DNA of 32,000 nt from an archaeon (lineage in GTDB: Archaea > Iainarchaeota > Iainarchaeia > Iainarchaeales > CSSED10-239): positions 35,938 to 67,937 of the forward strand of contig DAOMZT010000004.1 of assembly GCA_035400625.1 (NCBI GenBank), in the 5' to 3' direction. The translations under genes and the position numbers were made by a program. Below, piece after piece: positions 26,572-32,000 of this stretch. Positions within the stretch are counted from its first letter, which is position 1, and each line of letters starts with the position of its first letter. The notes below the pieces were generated by a model. That model ran no database searches and was not told the origin of the DNA. It was given only the letters and a program-made list of their open reading frames with translations.

Positions 26572-26623
26572 AAGAGCTCCAGACGCGCTCTTACCTTAAA
26601 GTTAAAAGCGCACGGAATTAAGA
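26572..26623. repeat. att-like direct repeat, copy B
   Basis: Partner of copy A. The identical core AAAGTTAAAAGCGCAC is at 26598-26613. A 6-bp hairpin AAGAGC/GCTCTT lies at 26572-26592. The copy sits between the stop of ORF 26624-27535 and the integrase-like start. Confidence 0.6.
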
Positions 26624-27535
26624 TTAATATTTAAAATCATCAGACAAATAAAAAACATAAGAAACTGAAAATATAAAAATATCTTCTGAAATTTTATTAT
26701 ACAAGTCAAATAGGCTTGTTTGTTCAGTTATTTCTTTTAATTCTCCATAAAATTTAATATTAGAATAAAAATTTGCTAAATAGACATCGTCTGGTCTTAA
26801 TTTTTTAAGTTTTTCAGTTAAATCTAATAACTTCTGCGAAAATACTTTGTTTATTAATAAATTAATATTACTACAATCCTCTTGAAAACAACTATGTTCA
26901 TAATAATTTAAATGAAATCCAAATTTGTTCCTTAATTCAGTAATTATATTTAAATATAGTAACCATACGGGGTCAAGACTATTGCTTTCTTTATAATTTG
27001 AAGAATCTAAATAACTGTTAAATTCACGTAATCCTACGTTCCCCCTTTTAATTAAATCCAATATGTCAAGAATGCACTCTTTCCCGTTGCGTTCAATTTG
27101 TTTAAATTTACAATCATCTTTATTAATTATAATCTTCTTTTTTAATTCAGGGGTTGTAATTAATTGTTCTCTTTGAATATAATTCATAATTAAATTCACA
27201 CACAACATTTCAGAAATTCTTAAAATACAGTAAAAAACAGATTGTTTATTTTCTAATATGACATTTGTTTTTAATTCATTTAAAATATCTATATCTTGAA
27301 ATAAGTAAAAATAATAAGAACCCTTTATTTTTCTTTCAAAAGAATATATTTTTTTTATAATATTTATCTTATTTTTTTTAATCGTATTGCCATAAGAATA
27401 ATTATATTCCTCAAAAATATAAAAAGAATCTAAAATATTATTTATAGTCTCTTTAAATTCATTATCAATAAAAAACTGATTGCCTTCAAATTTCCATCTG
27501 TTAAATAATCCTGATTCGTCTATTTCATTGCACAT
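26624..27535 (-). CDS. hypothetical protein with HEPN-type R-x5-H motif (RNKFGFH)
   Basis: 303-aa ORF whose start lies 2 nt after the upstream stop. ITELRNKFGFH (R202, H208; nt 26912-26932) fits the HEPN Rx4-6H signature with the typical Asn after Arg. A candidate first helix ILRISEMLCVNLIMNYIQ lies about 95 aa upstream. Motif-level only. Confidence 0.4.
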   Translation of the reverse strand: MCNEIDESGLFNRWKFEGNQFFIDNEFKETINNILDSFYIFEEYNYSYGNTIKKNKINIIKKIYSFERKIKGSYYFYLFQDIDILNELKTNVILENKQSVFYCILRISEMLCVNLIMNYIQREQLITTPELKKKIIINKDDCKFKQIERNGKECILDILDLIKRGNVGLREFNSYLDSSNYKESNSLDPVWLLYLNIITELRNKFGFHLNYYEHSCFQEDCSNINLLINKVFSQKLLDLTEKLKKLRPDDVYLANFYSNIKFYGELKEITEQTSLFDLYNKISEDIFIFSVSYVFYLSDDFKY

Positions 27536-27537
27536 AA

Positions 27538-28383
27538 CTAATCGCTCTTAAGTTTTATAAACCTTTTATAATCTTTTATCAATATTTCATCAATTTCTTT
27601 TATTTCATCAAGTTTTTTAGTCAAATCCATTGTTTTATAAGTAAAATAATTTATATCTCCCCGCCTATATCGGGGATTAGAAAAATGGGGCAAAAATAAC
27701 AAATACAAGAGGATAATATTATAATTTAAATAATTAAAAAACAAGGTGTCTCTTACTAATTTATCTGAAAATACGTATTTTACTTCTTTTTTCTTTGCAG
27801 AGATATTAAACCATTTAATAAGTAATTTTTGAATAAAAATTAATTTCTGCCCCTTCGTATTTTTTTTAATTAATTTTGCAATAAATATTTCATCAGTACA
27901 TTTATCTCTAATCTTATTTAAAAATAATAATAATAATGCAGAAATTTCTTTTTCTGTGGGATTAATTGAAATGGATTTCTCATTAATTATTGATTTTATG
28001 TTTGCATCAATATTTTTATTTTCTATATCATTATAAATATTTATATATCTACTAAATAATTTAGTTTTTTTTACAAAATCATTTATTTTTACTACTGCTT
28101 TATTGTGATTTTCTAAATCTTTTGATTCAAATCTACCTGATAAAAGTAAAAAAGAATTAATTAATTTTTCGTGAAATTGTTCTAAATGATATATCCCAAA
28201 TGCAGGGTCATCTAAGTATAATTTTTTAAATGCCTCAAAATCAGCACGCGCAATTAGGAAATATTCATTTGCAGACCTTAGGTTTTCGGGAGTAATAATT
28301 ACATTCATTTCTTTAGATATTTCTTCTAAATTTCCTAAAGTGTCAAATGAATTAAAATTTAATAATTTCAATATATTCTCCAT
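27538..28383 (-). CDS. hypothetical protein, HEPN-like helical domain without recognisable Rx4-6H motif
   Basis: 281-aa ORF. ANEYFLIARADFEAFKKLYLDDPAFGIYHLEQFHEKLINSFLLLSG resembles the first helical hairpin of classical HEPN (nucleotidyltransferase-partner type) domains. The C-terminal HFSNPRYRRGD resembles their RYP region. No R-x4-6-H was found. Confidence 0.3.
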   Translation of the reverse strand: MENILKLLNFNSFDTLGNLEEISKEMNVIITPENLRSANEYFLIARADFEAFKKLYLDDPAFGIYHLEQFHEKLINSFLLLSGRFESKDLENHNKAVVKINDFVKKTKLFSRYINIYNDIENKNIDANIKSIINEKSISINPTEKEISALLLLFLNKIRDKCTDEIFIAKLIKKNTKGQKLIFIQKLLIKWFNISAKKKEVKYVFSDKLVRDTLFFNYLNYNIILLYLLFLPHFSNPRYRRGDINYFTYKTMDLTKKLDEIKEIDEILIKDYKRFIKLKSD

Positions 28384-28518
28384 TTATTCAATTTTAGGGA
28401 TATAATCATATCCTTCTTTAATTAACTTTTCTCTTGCGTGTTCTTTACAAAGATAAATCTTCTTTTCTTTCTCTGTTATGTAATACTCTGCTTTTTTAGA
28501 ACATTTTGAACACTTCAT
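28384..28518 (-). CDS. 44-aa zinc-ribbon-like mini-protein (not in the ORF track)
   Basis: Translated by hand as MKCSKCSKKAEYYITEKEKKIYLCKEHAREKLIKEGYDYIPKIE, with CxxC (C3, C6) and CxxH (C24, H27). ATG at 28516-28518. Its TAA stop (28384-28386) abuts the ATG of the next gene (28381-28383). Confidence 0.5.
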   Translation of the reverse strand: MKCSKCSKKAEYYITEKEKKIYLCKEHAREKLIKEGYDYIPKIE

Positions 28519-28549
28519 ATAAATCTTATAGAATATACATTATTAAAAC

Positions 28550-29797
28550 TTATTGATTATTTCCCTTCAATTCCAAACATTCTTCTTTATAATTACATTT
28601 CTTACACAACCAAAAATAAAATGGGAGCAATCCCTCTAAATACTTTTTATCTTTATTAAATAATAATGAAAATTGTTCTAAATCAAATACCGCCTTTTCT
28701 TTATCTGTGTTTTGTGTTATAGTTTTGATTTGCTTAGTTGATTTATCATAAAAGTCTACCAAAATTCTTTCTTTTTTAAAGAAATAACCGTATAAATTTG
28801 CCTGAGTAATTGCAAAGTTTTTATAGCAATCAATTAAATAACTATTTCCCCCAGTTTTGAATTCATATGCATAATCCTGCCCTATTCCGTCTGGAATGCC
28901 AACAACAATATAATCTCTCCATCTAAAATTCCACCTAATTTGAGGTAATTTCCTTGCAATTTTACTTTCTAAATAGTCTCCTTGTATAAGTGGGTCGCTT
29001 GATTCTATATTTTCTACACTATTGTTTGTTTCAGTAGTATTAGGATATTCATTTAATACATCAAAATACTTTAATCCGTCTCTTCTTTTTTCTATAATTG
29101 AATTAATTTGCTCAAAATCAATTAAATCTCCTACTCTTAATAACTCATCTTCATCTATTATATCTTTAATTAAATTAAACTCTATAGCCAAATTGACCCT
29201 ATCATAAAGATAACTACTAAACATTGCCAATTCCATTTTTTTGTGCTCAAAATAAGATTTTATTGGACACATATAATAACTTGCAATGTCATTAATCCCA
29301 AAAAATACCAATTTATCTTTTAATCCAAGTCTTTCTTTTTCTAAATTCATATACCTCTTTAATTCTTCTTCATCTGTAATTATTTCATTTAATTGGCGTC
29401 TCATTTTTTCTTTAACTACGATTTCCTTTTCATTAGAATATAATAACAAGCCTTTATTAGAATTTGTATCAATAGCAAAATAATCGTTAGACTTATAACT
29501 ATCCTCTAAAAAATCATAATCCCAGATTTTTGTTGAATTCTCCAAAAATATTTTTGGTTTATATGTTGATAAATTAACTAAATATCTGATTGTGTTGTCA
29601 TTAATTTCTATGGGAGTATCCAAACACAATCTATTTTTAATTTCTGTACTAAATTCATCTGTTAAAACAATCTTTTTTGCATCGGATAACGATTTTGCTT
29701 TAAACCTATATTCAATAGTGCTCAGACTACAAGGAATTCCATTCTTTGAATCTGTAAGGTGTTGATTCATTGAAATATTTATTATAAATGTAAACAT
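28550..29797 (-). CDS. Cas4/RecB-like PD-(D/E)xK nuclease with 4-Cys Fe-S cluster motif, fused to an unknown N-terminal domain
   Basis: The C-terminal half carries the full Cas4/DUF83 motif set. It comprises C177 (YYMCPIKSYF), GDYLES, D303 (VVGIPDGIG), E312-x-K314 (YAYEFKTG), Q332-x3-Y336 (QANLY), and C398-x2-C401-x5-C407 (CKKCNYKEEC). The N-terminal region of about 165 aa is unrecognised. Alternative start ATG at 29770. Confidence 0.65.
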   Translation of the reverse strand: MFTFIINISMNQHLTDSKNGIPCSLSTIEYRFKAKSLSDAKKIVLTDEFSTEIKNRLCLDTPIEINDNTIRYLVNLSTYKPKIFLENSTKIWDYDFLEDSYKSNDYFAIDTNSNKGLLLYSNEKEIVVKEKMRRQLNEIITDEEELKRYMNLEKERLGLKDKLVFFGINDIASYYMCPIKSYFEHKKMELAMFSSYLYDRVNLAIEFNLIKDIIDEDELLRVGDLIDFEQINSIIEKRRDGLKYFDVLNEYPNTTETNNSVENIESSDPLIQGDYLESKIARKLPQIRWNFRWRDYIVVGIPDGIGQDYAYEFKTGGNSYLIDCYKNFAITQANLYGYFFKKERILVDFYDKSTKQIKTITQNTDKEKAVFDLEQFSLLFNKDKKYLEGLLPFYFWLCKKCNYKEECLELKGNNQ

Positions 29798-29829
29798 TTA
29801 ATCACCAAATTATACTTCATACATAATAA

Positions 29830-30669
29830 TTATTTATAATATAAAAATGCAATTTCTTTGTGTGGTATTTTCTTTTTTAAAAGACGCATAAATAAATTAT
29901 ATGATACAACATATGTTCTTGATTTATATAATCTTTTATATATTTCAAAAATTACACAAATAGTTAAATATGCCTCTTTATACCCAAAGAATTCTGGTTT
30001 AAATTCTTCATTTTTCTTAAGTTTTTTCCCCATCGCCATAATTGTTTGAACAACTCTTTTCTGACCATTTATTTTAAAATAACCATCTCTAAAACCCACA
30101 CTTTGAAGATATTTACATAATCCTTCTTTTCTTGTTTTTAGATTAGTATGAATATATGAATTTCTAACATTAACAAAAGTTAAAAGCACATCTTTAATTG
30201 GCTCTAATTCTGGGATTTTTACAAATAAGTCAATTTTTTTGTATTTTGGTTTGGTTTCATCAACTAAATCTCCCAAACTATATTTTCCGCTATAAAATAC
30301 CTCTTCTATTAATATCTCATTATTAGAATCTCGCCTACACAATTCATATTTAATTAAATATTCTATAAATATTCCTGTTAAAGATATTAATCCTGCGTGA
30401 TTAATTGTTTCAGTATTATAATCTGAAATAATTTCAGAATAAAGGTGTTCTATTTCTTCAGCTACATCATACCATTCTTTGTATTTTGATTTAGAAACAT
30501 AATAATCTAATGGGGTTACTTTTTTCGCTAAAGGAATTTTAATATAAGAATATAATTCTTCCGAATCTATAATTTCAACAGGATATGAACCTGGTTCTTT
30601 AACACTAAATATGTATTTTTGATACAAGGTGCCAGTTAAATCAGGACGTACATTTATTTTGTTTGTCAT
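29830..30669 (-). CDS. hypothetical protein with canonical HEPN R-N-x3-H motif (RNSYIH)
   Basis: 279-aa ORF starting 1 nt after the upstream stop. VNVRNSYIHT (R169, H174; nt 30148-30165) lies about 70 aa after a candidate helix GLISLTGIFIEYLIKYEL. Motif-level only. Confidence 0.45.
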   Translation of the reverse strand: MTNKINVRPDLTGTLYQKYIFSVKEPGSYPVEIIDSEELYSYIKIPLAKKVTPLDYYVSKSKYKEWYDVAEEIEHLYSEIISDYNTETINHAGLISLTGIFIEYLIKYELCRRDSNNEILIEEVFYSGKYSLGDLVDETKPKYKKIDLFVKIPELEPIKDVLLTFVNVRNSYIHTNLKTRKEGLCKYLQSVGFRDGYFKINGQKRVVQTIMAMGKKLKKNEEFKPEFFGYKEAYLTICVIFEIYKRLYKSRTYVVSYNLFMRLLKKKIPHKEIAFLYYK

Positions 30670-30670
30670 A

Positions 30671-31456
30671 TTAAAACTTTGTAATAACTTTTTTTAATTT
30701 TTTATTATTAACAACTTCGTCATATATTTTATCTTCGAAACAATGAACCATTGTATTCCTTACAGATACAATCTTAAGTTCTTTAGATACTTTATTTATG
30801 CATAATAAACGTTGTAGTTCTAAAATATCTGTATCAGATACGTTCGCCCACGGATTTAATATTAATTCTACAAATTCATTATGTAAAAATGTAATAACTC
30901 CCCACATTTCAGGCATATGATTTATAGAAATTTCATAATTAAATTTAGGAATGTCTTTTACATCCACTCCTTTTTTACTAAATGCAAACTTTGTTTGATG
31001 AAATAACCCGTACACTATCCCTTCAAAATTCACAGAAAAATATTCTTTAATTATACTTGGATTTAATACTTTATTTCCAAAATAATAATTGTGATTCACA
31101 TCCGAAAATAAGAACCCATCTTTATCTAAATTAATAATTAGAATTTTATTTGGGTTTCCTTTAAATTGAATTATATATTTTTTTATGGTAATAAATACCA
31201 AATAGTCATTATCAATAGCCACAGACCCATTAATCTTAAATTTATTAACCAATTCGCGGTCATTTTCTTCTGGGCTCCATACTTCAAAAAGATATGCTTT
31301 ATTCTTATTATTTATTTTTACATCAAATAAATTAGATTCTTTAGACCCTCTAAAATCTTGGGGATATATCACATCATAATCTGTGTTTTTCACTTTTTCT
31401 TCTATTAACTTAAACACATTGGTTTGCCCTTCATCTCCAGAATTGTTCCCCCCCAT
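30671..31456 (-). CDS. hypothetical protein (orphan)
   Basis: 261-aa ORF with an ATG start 4 nt after the stop of the Res-like gene. No confident motif. A weak D...E-x-W pattern (FDVKINNKNKAYLFEVWS) is not enough to call a nuclease. Confidence 0.45.
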   Translation of the reverse strand: MGGNNSGDEGQTNVFKLIEEKVKNTDYDVIYPQDFRGSKESNLFDVKINNKNKAYLFEVWSPEENDRELVNKFKINGSVAIDNDYLVFITIKKYIIQFKGNPNKILIINLDKDGFLFSDVNHNYYFGNKVLNPSIIKEYFSVNFEGIVYGLFHQTKFAFSKKGVDVKDIPKFNYEISINHMPEMWGVITFLHNEFVELILNPWANVSDTDILELQRLLCINKVSKELKIVSVRNTMVHCFEDKIYDEVVNNKKLKKVITKF

Positions 31457-31460
31457 AATC

Positions 31461-32000
31461 TCACAAATAATCTCCTAATGTACCTTTGATTCTTGCTTTT
31501 GTCATTATTGCATATTCTAATAATTCTTTTGTATTTGCTCCGTTTTTAGTTAATGACCCAAAAGTTTCTTCTCCAAGTAATGCGTATTTCCATTCTGCAT
31601 TCATTCTATCTTCTGGTTTTAATTGATTTATTTTATCAATTGTATCAAATGTAGCAATTCTTTTTTGAGTTACATCTATATTATCTAAATCTCTTTCTGC
31701 TTTTGTTTCTACAATATATACAGAGTCTTTAATTTTTACTATAAAATCAGGATAATAGTGTGCAAGTAACCCGTCACTTCTAATGTATTTTATTCCTGCA
31801 AAATCATTATAATTTTCATCAATTTTAATAAACGCATTTACCTCTGAATCTCTATCTATAAATTCTATAAATCTCTTTTCAAATCCCCCTTTATTAGATG
31901 GATATTTTGTTTTTGGATAAATACATTTTGCAACATCTAATGAAAATGAAGACCTAATCTTTAATTCAGGAATCTCTGAAAAATATCTTTTATTTACTTC
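31461..32000 (-). CDS. C-terminal nuclease domain of a second Type III Res-like helicase-nuclease (5' end outside window; not in the ORF track)
   Basis: Hand translation from nt 32000 downward gives 179 codons without a stop. It includes GGFEKRFIEFIDRDSEVNAFIKI, YYPDFIVKIKDSVYIVETKAE (nt about 31701-31751) and AEWKYALLGEETF. The layout matches the C-terminus of the complete Res at 23238-25841 (YTPDFVIKKKDGRILIVEVKGE). Stop TGA at 31461-31463. Confidence 0.6.
   Translation of the reverse strand, partial: EVNKRYFSEIPELKIRSSFSLDVAKCIYPKTKYPSNKGGFEKRFIEFIDRDSEVNAFIKIDENYNDFAGIKYIRSDGLLAHYYPDFIVKIKDSVYIVETKAERDLDNIDVTQKRIATFDTIDKINQLKPEDRMNAEWKYALLGEETFGSLTKNGANTKELLEYAIMTKARIKGTLGDYL

Larger units (their letters stand above)
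20437..26623. mobile_element. putative integrated cassette (Type III R-M plus integrase remnant) bounded by att-like direct repeats
   Basis: Direct repeats A and B flank four co-oriented genes. One of them, directly inside repeat B, is a tyrosine-recombinase-like gene. The inference comes from layout only. Confidence 0.35.

Noticed and set aside
25958-26623. SSV-type integrase split by its own att site
   Set aside because: The integrase-like ORF starts next to repeat B and reads away from it. Its truncated end is internal to the cassette, next to the res promoter, and not at an att copy. No matching C-terminal fragment lies beside repeat A. The frame is open for only 12 extra codons into repeat B.
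29022-30049. Plus-strand ORFs 29022-29207, 29286-29483 and 29858-30049
   Set aside because: They are antisense shadows within the Cas4-like and RNSYIH genes, with low-complexity S/F/L/I-rich translations.
26624-32000. A CRISPR-Cas locus, suggested by the Cas4-like gene
   Set aside because: No regularly spaced direct repeats of 24-40 nt are visible anywhere in the window, and none of the neighbouring proteins shows Cas1, Cas2 or effector motifs.

Overview
AT-rich prokaryotic window. It looks most like a small-genome (DPANN-like) archaeon: separate HPS and PHI genes of the reverse ribulose-monophosphate route, and surface proteins with a signal peptide plus C-terminal anchor. A CPR-type bacterium cannot be excluded without searches. 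All family calls come from motifs read in the translations; no database search was run.

**Ordinary chromosome (nt 1-20400)**
- A 5'-partial coiled-coil protein and two surface proteins.
- smc, a NUDIX hydrolase, serS, an SlyD-like FKBP, a small membrane protein and a GNAT.
- A long plus-strand block: NIF3, prs, rpiB, hps, phi, three GH130 domains in two genes, a cupin-type mannose-6-P isomerase and a phosphomannomutase.
- Read right to left, that block forms a continuous biochemical route from beta-mannoside phosphorolysis to PRPP.

**Accessory/defence island (nt 20400-32000, all minus strand)**
- (a) A roughly 6.2 kb cassette holds a Type III restriction-modification system in res-mod order, an extra nuclease-like gene and a truncated tyrosine-integrase gene. 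It is bounded by about 45-nt imperfect direct repeats with an identical 16-nt core, which look like att sites.
- (b) The most interesting part is a tightly packed operon of at least seven genes with very low G+C. In order: the 3' end of a second Res-like helicase-nuclease, a 261-aa orphan, a HEPN-motif protein (RNSYIH), a Cas4-like Fe-S PD-(D/E)xK nuclease with a novel N-terminal domain, an untracked 44-aa zinc-ribbon ORF, a HEPN-like protein without a catalytic motif, and a second HEPN-motif protein (RNKFGFH).
- I do not recognise this gene set as a named defence system, and no CRISPR array or tRNA gene was seen.

**Frame breaks**
Two frame breaks sit at homopolymers: G6 at the prs start and T7 between ORFs 20037-20366 and 19349-20047. 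They may be assembly errors or real recoding sites.
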